From NCBI GenBank assembly GCA_964188305.1, contig OZ076892.1: 64,000 nucleotides of DNA; one strand, given 5' to 3'. The position numbers and the translations under genes are program-made. Positions 46,201-58,200 of this stretch are shown one piece after another. This DNA is from Podarcis bocagei. Taxonomy: Eukaryota. Each line of letters starts with the position of its first letter. Position 1 is the stretch's first letter. A model generated the notes under the pieces. The model had not been told where the DNA came from. It saw only the letters and a list, made by a program, of their open reading frames with translations, and did not search any database.

Positions 46201-49200
46201 GGGAAAGTCCGGGGACCCCTAGCGTTGATGATGGTGACTAGTCCAGTCGGTAGGATTTCTAGAGTGGAGGTACACGTACTGGACCCAATGAAGGTTCCTT
46301 CTCCGGAGAAGCGGCGGCAAAGGGGTCCCTTGGTAGGGCCTGTAAGGTAGAGGTACTGATGCGTCAAGTTGAGTGCGGTTAAATTCCAGGACGTAACGTT
46401 TCCAGAGCGAAATTGTTCCAAAGTCACTGGTACTGGGACAAGTGGGAGGCTCTGCTGGAGGTGACTGGGTGCGTGGGCACAGATCCAGCAGTCTGGGTAG
46501 GGTGCTTCTTTCGCCACCTGGCTGAGAAGTTTAATGTAGGAATTTTGCTCCCAGGAAGAAAGGAGGTCTTCTCCCGGGAGCGCAGAGTCTGTGCCGAATT
46601 GCCTAGGTGCTGTACCGACTGGATGGAGTGGGTCGGTGGTATTTAATAGTTGCCGGTCTCTGGCGATTCCGCCGCACCTCAGGGGTCCAGCGTGATCCCA
46701 GGAGGGGGGGCGTGAAGGGTGTATGGGATGGTGCCAACCCTCTAGATATTCGGCCCCTTTCCAATCACGGGTGTACCCAAGGTTCCATAAACAGCAGAAC
46801 CGCCGCAGGCAGAGACCTTGGAGTTGGGGTTTCCGGGTCTCTGGGGTGGAGAGGAGACACTGGAACCCGAAAATCAAGTTTCCAGAGGGGCGACTGGAGT
46901 CCGTGTAAGCGTGGGAGGCCCCTCCTATCTCGACTTCGGTCCAGTTCGGGCTTTGCGTGATTTCCCCGCCTTTGTATAGGAGATAAGTCCCGTTATGGCA
47001 AGTCAGGCGGTAGGAAGAATGGTCCAGAGTGAGGGCAGCAGACCCAATGCGGCGTAGGTCCTTGTTTCGGATGAAAAGTTCCCAGTATTCGTCATTGGTG
47101 AGTCGGGGTACTAGAGAGTGGCGCAGTAGGGTCCGAGACTCAGGAAGGCAGAAATCAAAGTCCCCCATTCGGTCAGGGTTAGATCTTCCCCCTGTTTCGA
47201 CCTCGTGATAATCCAAGAAGTGATAGTCAGTTTGTAGTCCTGTACAATGGTTTGATGAAGCAGACGTGGTCCTGAAGAAGGTGGCGAGGAGAAGGGCGGT
47301 GCAGGCAAAACCCATGGCAGGTGCGCGTGTAGGGAGAGAGGTAGTTCGGAAGTTGTAAACTGTCGACGGAACTGTCAGATGAGGTGGGATGGAGCGGTGA
47401 CGTAGGGAGCTGTCAGACGGAGCTGTCAGATAAGGCAAGATGGAGCGGTGACATAGAGAGCTGTCAAACGAAGCTGTCAGATGAGGCAGGATGGAGCGGT
47501 GACGTAGAGAGCTGTCAAACGAAGCTGTCAGATGAGGCAGGATGGAGCGGTGACGTAGAGAGCTGTCAAACGAAGCTGTCAGATGAGGCAGGATGGAGCG
47601 GTGACGTAGAGAGCTGTCAAATGGAGCTGTCAGATGAACTGTCAAGCGCGTTTGAGACGTAATTTGAGAGCGTCGGTGTCAGGGACGATCTCGGATGTCC
47701 AGTTGGATGTCGTGGCGACTGGTCCGGTCTGTTGAGCCCGATCTTGGCCCCGATCTGCTGGCCCGGTCTGTTGAGCCCGATCTTGGCCCCGATCTGCTGG
47801 TCCGGTCTGTTCTTCGTCGTCGTCGATGTACGAGGTCGGCGGTGTGGGAGGGGTCGAGAAAGTGAAGTCCTCGCCGGGGTTTTCCTCCGTCTGTTGAGGG
47901 GGTGGCGCGGGCTTACACCTGGTGTGATGGATCCACGAATTCTTCTCCCCTACTTTTACAGCGGTTGGTGATGTCAAGAGGATTTGGTAGGGGCCCTCCC
48001 AGGCGGGTTGAAGGGGTTCCTTTTGATAAACTTTGATGAGGATCCAGTCGCCGGGATCGAAGGAGTGGGCTTGCACGTCGATGGGCAGGTTCTGTCCTTC
48101 GATGGCCGCGTACTGGTGGAGGCGCTGTAGCTGCGTCTGGAGCTGAATGACATAGTTAGTGAGTTCTGCTTCTCCTAGTTCGAGCTCCGAAAGGGGAAAT
48201 AGAGTATTATAGACGGGAGGGGGTCTCCCAAATAGGAGTTCGTACGGAGACAGTCTCAAGGGTCCGGTAGGGGCACTCCGTATATTGTGGAGAACTAATG
48301 GGAGAGCATTTGTCCACTTTAGTCCAGTTAGCCTACAGAGTTTGCCAAGTTGTATTTTAATTTCTTGGTTCATGCGCTCTACTTGGCCCGAAGATTGTGG
48401 GTGATAGGGTGTATGAAGATCCCATTTTATTTGTAGAGCCTTTGCGACTAATTGTACTATTTGAGCCGTGAAATGGGTTCCCCTGTCGCTGTCTAGTCGG
48501 CGGGGAACCCCAAATCGGGGTATGATGTCCTGCAGAAGGGCTCTGGCTACTACAGAGGCAGTTGGCTTCCTACAGGGAAATCCTTCTACCCAGGAAGAGA
48601 GTTTGTCTATTATGATGAGGGCATGTTTGAAGCCTTGGCAGGGTGGCAGATCGATAAAATCTAGTTGCAGGCTTTCGAAAGGGACGAATGCCCATAGTCT
48701 GGCCCCTGGGGGTGCTCTGGGTTGTCGTTTGGGGTTGTAGGAACTACAGGTAATACAGTTCTTTGATGCTGTTGTGGCCGCGACTGCCAAGCCTGGTGCG
48801 TACCAGGATCTCTTAACATGTTCTATCAGTCTCCCCTTTCCCCAATGCGTTTGTTGATGGAGAACCCTCACCAATTTTGAAACCCATGTTTTTGGAAGGA
48901 CGGGCCTGCCATCAGGGAGGATCCAAATATCATTTTGTTGGACTGCACCCACTGAGCGCCAGAGAGTCTTTTCTTCCTCGGGGGCTTCTTTGTAAATCTG
49001 TGTGGGATCTATATTGAGTGGGATCTGTAGGGCTTGAAACTCTGATTCTTGGTTGGGGGGGCGGAGTGCGGCTGCTTGAGCCGCGTTATCGGCTCGTCTG
49101 TTGCCTCTTGAAACTGGGTCCCTGCCTCGGGTATGTGCTTTACAGTGAACGACTGCGATTGCATCGGGCATGTGGATGGCGGTCAGTAGCCTCTCCACTA

Positions 49201-52200
49201 GGGCAGCGTGTGAAATTTTAGAGCCTGCAGCTGTTAGGAAGCCCCTTTGTAGCCAGATTTGACCAGTGGTGTGGACTAATCCGAAACAATATTTGCTATC
49301 AGTGTAGATGGTGGCCCGCTTGCCCTCACTGAGTTCGCAGGCGCGTATGAGCGCTATCAATTCTGCAGCTTGGGCGCTATATTGTGGGTTGATCGGGTTG
49401 GATTCTAAGACTTCAAAGTCCGTAACCACAGCATACCCCGTCTTCCTCTCCCCTTCTACTACCCTGGAGCTGCCGTCTGTGTAGAGTACAAGGTCCGGGT
49501 TTTCCAAGGGTAGGTGATCGAGGTCTTCCCTGGGTTTCTCGGCTTGACGGACTATTGTGGCACAGTCGTGGTGTGGGGTCCCATCGTCGGGGAGGGGTAG
49601 AAGGGTGGCTGGGTTAAGGGAGTTGACTCTTTTTATGGTGACGTTTGATGGGGTTAGCAAGAGGGCTTCATACTTGTTTAGTCGGGAATTTGAAAAGTGA
49701 TGACAGCCTCGTAGAGTTAGGAGGGTGGAGACGGAGTGGGGAACATGAACAATGATTTCATGCCCCAAGACTGTTTCTTGAGCTTTTTCGAGGAGGGTTG
49801 CCGCGGCGGCTATAGCTCGCAGGCAGCTCACTGCCCCCTTTGCTGTATTGTCCAATTGTAGGCTGTAATATGCCACAGGTCTTTCTTTATCCCGGAAAGG
49901 TTGAGTCAGTACCCCTGAGGCTACCCCCATTTGCTCATGGATAAACAGGTTGAAGGGGATTCTGTAGTCGGGTAAGCCTAGCGCAGGGGCTGACCTTAGT
50001 TCCCGTTTCAATCGTTCAAATGATTTGTATGCTTCTTCTTCCCAAACTAAGGTGTCGGGGTGGTCTTGGCGGGTCATGGCAGACAGCGGTTTCGTTATTT
50101 CGCTGTAGCCTGCGATCCAGGCTCTACAGAAGCCTGCCATTCCTAGGAATCCTCGTAGTTGTCGCTTGGTTTTGGGAAGGGGGATTTTTGTAACGGCTTC
50201 TATTCTATCTGTTGCTAAGCTTCGGGTGCCCACCCCTAGGATGTGGCCAAGGTACTTTACTTCCTGCTTACAATATTGTAGCTTTTTTGGTGACACTTTG
50301 TGTCCCTTCCTGGCTAGTTCGGCAAGGAGGTGCTTGGTGTCTGTTTTGCACGCTTCCTCGCTGGTAGAACAAAGGAGCAGGTCATCTACATAAAGAAGGA
50401 GAGCAGAGCTGGCTGGGAGGTGTATATCTTGCAAATCTTGGTGTAGGATTGCTGAGAAGATTGCGGGTGACTCCACGTACCCCTGGGGCAACCTTGTCCA
50501 GGTTAATTGACTGGGTCCCCATGTGAAGGCGAAGAGGAATTGGCTAGCTGGATCTAATGGTATACTAAAGAAGGCGGAGCATAGATCTGCAGCGGTATAC
50601 CACTTGGTTTCTGCGGGTATGGCATTTAGGAGGGAGTTCGGGTTGCCCACTACTGGGTGACGGGGTATTACAAATTGATTTACTAATCTTAAATCCTGGA
50701 CGAAGCGATATCGGACTGGGGCTCCCTCGGCGGACGGTTTCTTTACTGGTAATACAGGTGTATTGCATGGGGATGCGCAAGGAACCAGGATCCCCTTTTC
50801 GAGAAAGTCTTCTATCATCGGGGTTAACCCCTCAATGGCCTCCTTGGGTAAGGGGTATTGTTTAGTACACGGGAAGGGTAGGTCAGTCCTATAGGTAATT
50901 TTTACCGGGACGGCCGATAGGAGGAGGCCTACTGAGGTTGACTCGGTGCCCCATAGAGAGGGGGGTAGATTGTCCTCCAGCTCGGGAGGGAGTTCGGGAA
51001 ACTGCCTATCTGTCTTCACTTCCTCCATCATTCCTTGAAATTCAGGGATTGAGTCTTCAGGCATATATAGGTAGATACCTTCTCGGGAGCATTTAATTGT
51101 TGCGTTTAGTTTGCAGAGTAAGTCTCTTCCGAGGAGATTCACCGGACTACTGGTTAAGAGGAAGGTATGCTCGGCGAGTAGAGGTCCGAGGGTAACTTTA
51201 GTTGGACGTGATAGGGGACATGTGCGGGGTATCCCATCCAGACCCATAACCTTTTTTGTTTCTGAACCTGGTTCCAGGTGACTGTCCGTTAAAGTGGAGT
51301 ATGTGGCCCCGGTGTCCAGTAGGCATTGATAAGGATGGCCATCTATCTCTATGGTGCAAAATGGGTCTTCGGAGGATAGCGTTAGGACTGGACAGATAGT
51401 TTGAGTTTGGTCGGGACCCCCTTCTGATTGTCAATACGTTTGTTGGTCGTCTGGAGGGGGTTGGTTAGGGGGGTGTAGAGGTGGAGCAGTGGCGTTTGCC
51501 CAAGGGTGGGTGGACGGAGTTATCGCCGGCATTTGTGTTCTCAGTCCCTGCGGGGGTGTTTGCGTTTTAGTAGGGACATTCGGGAGCGGTGGGTTGTAAG
51601 AGGCTGGGGCGGCTCGAGGGTTGTAGGGCACAGGAGGTTGGTTCTGGTACCCGTAGGTCGTGTTGGAATGTACTTCACGAGTCACATTGTTGAGGTAGGG
51701 ACAGAATCTTTTAATGTGTCCTTCCTCTTGGCAGTAAAAACACCCTCCTGCGGCTGGTCCCCATGGTCTATGAGGGTTCGGTGGTCCTCCTCCCCGGGCT
51801 CCCTTTCCTCGACTGAAACCCCTGCCCCTGCTGTAGTTTGGTTCCATGCTAAGGGCCAGGATCTGTTCCGTTTCGGGCTTGGGGTCTCTCTTCTTCCTCT
51901 CGTCTCGGGAGTTAAAGACGGATTTTGCGATGGAGAGGATTTCGCTAATACTCTTTCCATCATACCCTATTTGCAGGTTTAGGGCTTTTCTAATATCAGG
52001 GCAGGCTTGATCCTTGAAGAAGCCCTTCACAATGACCTCGTGTTGAGGATTATCTGGGTCGATCCCTCCCCAAGTCTTGATGGCTGATACTAGCCTGGTG
52101 TAATAGTCGGATGGGTGTTCATTGGCCCCTTGCAACACAGTTTGGACTTTAGTCCAGTTGACTGTACGCTGGCCAGCGGCCTTAATGCCGTCCAATATCG

Positions 52201-55200
52201 CCTTCTTGAATAAATCTAAGCACCATGTTCCGTCTGTGGTATTATAGTCCCAGGTTGGTTCGGTGCGTAGGCATTGGGCTGTGAGTGCCTCAACACCTCG
52301 TGGGCGTCCTGCCTGGTAGTTCGGGAGTTCGATTGCTTCCCCGGCCTTGGCTAAAATATCTGCCTTTTCGGCTTCGTTGAAAAGGGCATTTAGGAGAACA
52401 TGAACGTCTGGCCAAGTCGGCTTGTGGGTCGAAAAAATAGCGCTGACCTGACGGTGGCACTTATCCGGGTCATCTCTTAAAGATGGCATTTGATTCGACC
52501 AGGTTACCAGGTCTGCCGTATAAAATGGTTGGTGAGTGTACACCATCCGAGGAGGTCCATCCGGCTGGAGGGGTGGGATTGGCAGGGCCCTTAAGGGCAT
52601 CTGGACGGCTGCGGATTCCGTCTGTTTAGACGTCCCCGGGGTCTCTTTAAGTTTTTCTAAGAGGCTGGGGTCTCTCAAGGTGGCCTCTAGTATTTCTTTA
52701 GCTCGCTGATTCAGAGCTACAGGGTTTGAGCCTTCTGGGGTAGCGTTCTGAATCTCCTTAGCTCGCTGCCTGGTTATTCGTGGGCTCGTGCCCCCCCGTG
52801 CCCCTGGTTCCCGTGTGTCTTCATCGCTATCTGATTGACCCCCTGGGGCGGGTGGAATTGGTTGCCTATAGTAGAAGGGGATGAGCGCTTGTTCTATGGA
52901 GTCTTCTTCTCCAGGGTATCCCTCGTATGGGGGGGGCAAGGACGACCTTCCATGACTTAAGACGGGCAGCTGATAGGTCGTTGTTCCTTTGGTGCCTTGG
53001 AGCAGCCCTTTGACCGTCTCAAAGGTGGCCAGGTATTCCAATTGACGGGGCTTTTCCTCTAACAAATAATTTTTAAGATGTTGTAGACGGTCTTCGTTAA
53101 AGGAGCCACCCTTTGGCCAGCGTAACTCTGGTTTTGCAGAGGCAGTTCCGGCGGGCCAAGTGTCTCTACAGAGATCTTCTAACTTCTGTCTCGACAGCAA
53201 CTTATGCCCGGGAATAGATTTCCAATAGGAGATGACGAATTCGAGGGGGGAGTCGGGGTCCCTCTGGGATTCAGATGGCTTCCTTGAAGCCTTCCTCCCG
53301 GAGCGAGCCCGTTCATGCTTAGAGGCCTGGGTACCCATTTTATTCACGCGTGTCTAGACAGAAAGAGGGGAGAGAGGGGTCGGTAAGGATTGGTATACCT
53401 AGGGAATTGGTATGCCTAACGCTGGGGTTTATAGTAAAGCGGGGTCTCTAGCTGCTTGGCAACTTCCTTAGAGAAAGTTTTGAGAGCTCTATCTACCTGA
53501 TTCTTATGTTCCCTTTACAATTCTCTATTTCCTATAACCTGGGGTTTCCTTCCACTCTGCCGGTCCCGCCCAATTCCTCATGGGCTATCCCTCCTGGCAA
53601 CCTCCTACCTATCGTCACACTCTCAGGAAAAGGGGCCCTACTGGACGCTCGCGTAGTGCGATGCCAGATCGGGTGATCCCTGGATAGGTTCCGAACGGAA
53701 AATCCCCCTTGCTTTCGGAAGCGGACTCACGCACGATACACGTGTTACGTGGCCCGACCGGTGCGGCTGGGATTGATTGATAGGAAAGCAAGACCCCTTC
53801 CTGCCCCCTCCGTAAGGGCGCTCGGGAAGTTCGGAAAAGAACTCCAACCCCTTGCTTTCGACTGAGATGCCCGTTGCAGAGAGTCGGCTGTCTTTCCAAG
53901 CCGGGTCTCTCCGTCTTACTTTCGGACTCTCAATCGGTGCGGCTGGCTGGAGAGTTTGAGGAGAAAGAGATAGAGCTCAGAACCCCCCTTTCGGGTCGAG
54001 CGGCAGTCCACGGTCTCTCTCACCACTTGGACCAAGATACAGGCGAGAAGGAGCGATAGAGAGGAGGGCAGAGAATTCAGTTGCCAGGAGATTCCACCCC
54101 CTTCCCACCAGTGCACTGGATTTCCTTTTCCTATACTCACGTGTCTTCTACGATGATCCCGGGATCGGTGAGCAAGCCGGCTGGATCCCTCTTTGCTCCC
54201 CGACTGAACTCTGGGACTTCAGATTACCGCCCGGAAGATGGCCGGAGGTCCAAAGGATCTTCCCGGGCAAAATGGCCCGGTGCCGGCTGAAGATTTCGGG
54301 GCCCCCGGTCAGCAACACGGGAGAACGCTTCAGGTCCCTGCTTGGGCGCCAAATGTTACGGTAAAATCCGGGTGCGTGAGGGCACAGCCACCCAGCTCGT
54401 CGGACAAAGTCCGCGGGTCCTAGCGGAGAAGAAAGGAGCTCAGCCGGACACAGGAGCAAAGTACGAAGATCCGAGTTTATTGCGCAACAGGTTCAAAATG
54501 GCATTGAACCCCGAGTATGGGGTGACATAGACTTTTAAAAGTTCCCTCCATAACCCAGAATACAGTGCAGGAAACGTCATGAATACATTATGGGAAGGTC
54601 ATGTTTCGTGGATTACATCATGAATACATTTCACACGTCATGAATAGATTATGGAAGGGGTGGGATCACATTCATTAACATTTCAGATGAGGGAGGGGGA
54701 ATATGCGGAGGGAGAAATATGCATAGATAAACATTTATCAAGTACCGGTGGTGGCAAGACAATGGGTCAGAGATATGCATCGTCTGCCACTTAATATTGC
54801 CTAGAGGAAGGGTTTGGCGAAACGATCTGACAGGATTAGGAAGTTCCTGCGTACGTGACCCGCCGCTTTGGGGATTATGGAAGTAGGAACAACATCATGG
54901 AGTCCAGGGAGAGCTGAGTTGAATGACACCAAGAGTGAGGAAATCGGAGCTACGGTCGATTTTATATCAATTTTTAGAGATTTCAAAGGTTTCCAGGCTA
55001 TTCCGTACTGTAGAGTGAAAGGTAGAACAGAATGGATACATTTTGGCAGGCGGAAGCAGAATGGATACATTGTAACTAGATTTTGACAGGTTTACGAGGT
55101 CCCTGGTTTCGGATCCATTGTTCTCACAGCGGGGGGCCGTCCGCAGCTTGTTAGGAGTGAAATGAGGCGTGCAGGAGCTCCTGGAGCTAGCTCTTTGCAG

Positions 55201-58200
55201 GACGAATGCATGGCTGTGATTGGCTAAAGCGCGGCCATAGGAATAAGTGGAGAAGAGAAACACTCGGTCTACTCGTTCTAAGTATGGGGCGCAGATAGGC
55301 ATAGGAAAGATAGAGAATATATTTATAGATATTCGAGCTTATTTCGCTCGGGAAAGGGTCTGGGAAAAGTGTGGTGCTTGTGCAACGGTGAAGGGGTTTT
55401 GAGGGTGGGTGTGCGGTGGCACCCTCGAGGTCATCGCCTCGGTCAGTCAGGAAGAGGGGGAAAAAGGCACCCCCCCCCTCCTCAGTCCGTATCAGCCCCC
55501 TCTGGGAAGCACTGGCCTACAGTGACTGAGAGGAGCATTCCAAGGTTTCAGACAGGGAGTCTCTCCCAAGCTGTACCTGGAGATCCCAGCAGGGATTGGA
55601 CCCAGGCCCTTCTTCAGGCAAAGCACATGCTTTACTTTTGAGCTACTGGCCTTCCCATTTTGCAGATTCAAGCACTATTGTAGCAGGAACAGAAGTTCCA
55701 ACAGAACGTGCACATGCCTGGCAACATCTTAAAAGTAGCTAAATGACATACATTCTTGGCGCCTTAGGTGAGCCTGTGTTTTAAAGCTAAACTAGATATG
55801 ATCCTCAGCAGCAGGATGAGGCTGGTAATGCAAAAAAATTATGTCCCTTATGAGAGCTTCCAGGCAGGTAAAGGAAATGGCATTGGCTGAGCCAGAATAT
55901 GCTCTGTAATATCCACTTTTTAAAGGCTTTTTTAGAAGGCTCATGATTGCTTTTAGAATTACTCCTGATTGCTTCAGCTCATAAAGAAGCATGATGTTGG
56001 GATAACTGTAGGCTTTCTTAAACAAAATGTAACTTGAAACCAACCTTGTAACCATTGACTTTGGTAAAAACCATGGAAAGTGGATCAAATTGGTTCAATG
56101 GGATGCTTGCAAGGAAGGTTCATCTGTCCAACAAGCTTTCAAAATGTTATGTTTAGTGTTACGTGCTGGAATTCAACACTTGTTTTTTCCCCTCCCCTTA
56201 ATCCAGGAAAAAATTAAAAAGCACTTCCAAGTATATATATCAGACTTTATTTCTAAACGGTGAAAACAGTGATATTAAGATTTGTGCTCTGGGAGAAGAA
56301 TGGAACTTGCACAAGATATACTTATGTCAGGTAAGAATAAAATATTTTTTTCCAGGCAGATCTTGGGCTCTAATTCTAAATACCTTTATTAGGGAGCAAG
56401 TCCCACTGAACTCCGTGGAACTTGTTTCTGAGTAAGCATGCAGGGGATAGTGCCGTTAGACACACTCTCCTTATCCCTTGCCTGCCGCTATGTCCAGAAT
56501 TCTCAAGAGCAGCAGTGAGGTGTACATTAATGGCTAACAAAGCATACTTTAGCTTAGCTTGAATAAATTAAACATAACATATTGTTTCCCTTGGAAAAGA
56601 TAAGGTTGTCAAAGGGAATATACTACTGTACAAATAGACTTTATTCTTTTGATCTCTCAGGTAAACTTCTGTGAGTGATAGCATCTCATAATGGGGTCAC
56701 CTCCTGCTGTGATGGAAAGTTCTAGTAGAGCAGTAATTTTCACTTCCTTGGATGGAAAACTAGCTATTTCTAGTTTTATATGAATTACATTTTAATGAAA
56801 AGGTATACTTACATGGTGTGTGTATGTGTGTGTTAATTTACCTACACCTAACTTTGTATGGATACGGCAATGTATGTATGTCTGTAGCATGAGACCACCC
56901 TTGTACATCTATTTGTATGTCTTGTATGTGGTTCCTTTTCCAGTACCCTTCTAAATTGCTGCCCATGGGAGTTTTTGTTCAAATTTCAGGCAGTATTCAA
57001 TATTATTGTAATTACTTCTTCCCCCTCTTGTTTTACAGTTGGTAGTTTAGGTTTGTTTGGATAAAACGATTCATAATCTTAGTTGTGTTTTCTCCAAACT
57101 TAGTTAAAACCAGTGTTTCATTACTCCTGAAACAGGAAGTTGTGACTTAATGGTGATGTACTAACCAGGAATGAAAGCCTTGTTTGATCCTGGTTTTTGT
57201 TCCTGAATCTATTTCAGAGATAATGGGAAACCATAGCTTGCTTTAACTAGGATCAAACACTAGAGTAGGTACATGGGGTGGTGGGTACTACATGGTCTGA
57301 ACACTCGTTTCTAGTGTCATAAACCATGGCACATAAAGTTGAGAGTGTTCAGACTGATACTTTAGAGATCAAACATGCTTGAAATAAAGGCTAATGAAGA
57401 ATTTGCTTGAAATTTATTAGGAATGGAAGAGATCTGCCATAATGCCTCCTGATATGGACATACAGCTTACTTTCTTTGTACCATATTAATTTGCATATAT
57501 TCTTACATTTTAAGCATTTGAATTAAATTCAGGGTCTTTTTTTGTAGTCTGGCTACTTTTCGAGTATGTTCAGCGGTTCTTGGAAGGAATCGGAAATGCA
57601 TACAATAGAATTGGAAATTCCTGATCAGAATATTGATGTAGAAGGTAAGCAAAGGATGATGTTCCTTTTTTACAGAAGACATGGGTACTTGTCAAGTCAG
57701 CTAAGATTTTTTATTATTATTATCAAAAGTTGTTTATTAAAACATTATTTGAATCACATTTACAGTTGGAAATTTGGGGAATGTGTTGGGAGAAGATTCT
57801 AGAGAACTCATTAGAAAATGGGTTTCTCCATTTGGGAGTAGTGTTAAAGAAAGTAGCCAGGCACCTTGGGACTTCTTTAAAACTTTTTATGTTGTCAGTG
57901 TGAAAAACACAAGATGAACTGACCCACTCCCACCAGAATTTTTATTACAAAAGAGCAGAGCATTTGAAAATCTGTTTTTTATTTGTTGATGTAGAAAACA
58001 GTTGTTTGCTAAAGTCTGCCTACTCTGTTCCAGTGACTTAAGAGTTACCCCTTAGTTTTAGGTTAGGTTGGCTATTATGGATCATTGGCGTAACGTAGGA
58101 TTTTATATTTGTCATGTTCCTGACCTGTCATAATAGCTGTTTCTGTTGAGCTGTTTGGCTTCTCAGCAGCTTTTCCCTGCTGCTTAATACTTCTTAATGC

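Larger units (their letters stand above)
44075..55494 (-). mobile_element. Full-length class I (gammaretrovirus-like) endogenous retrovirus, 11,420 bp, in GMCL1 intron 1, antisense to GMCL1
   Basis: Order LTR-PBS-leader-gag-pro/pol-env-PPT-LTR. TG...CA termini. 4-bp TSD GCCC at 44071-44074 and 55495-55498. All three ORFs are uninterrupted. Confidence 0.98.

Noticed and set aside
47316-47645. ORF-track start of env at 47645 (784 aa)
   Set aside because: That start is a TTG overlapping the pol stop. The first ATG followed by a signal peptide is at 47315. Readthrough of the pol stop meets another TGA three codons later.
54325-54351. Resemblance of the PBS region to HIV-1 (GGGACCTGAA-GCG)
   Set aside because: Explained by shared complementarity to tRNA-Lys3. 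Gag, Pol and Env are class I type (single CCHC, YVDD, readthrough, CX6CC), not lentiviral.
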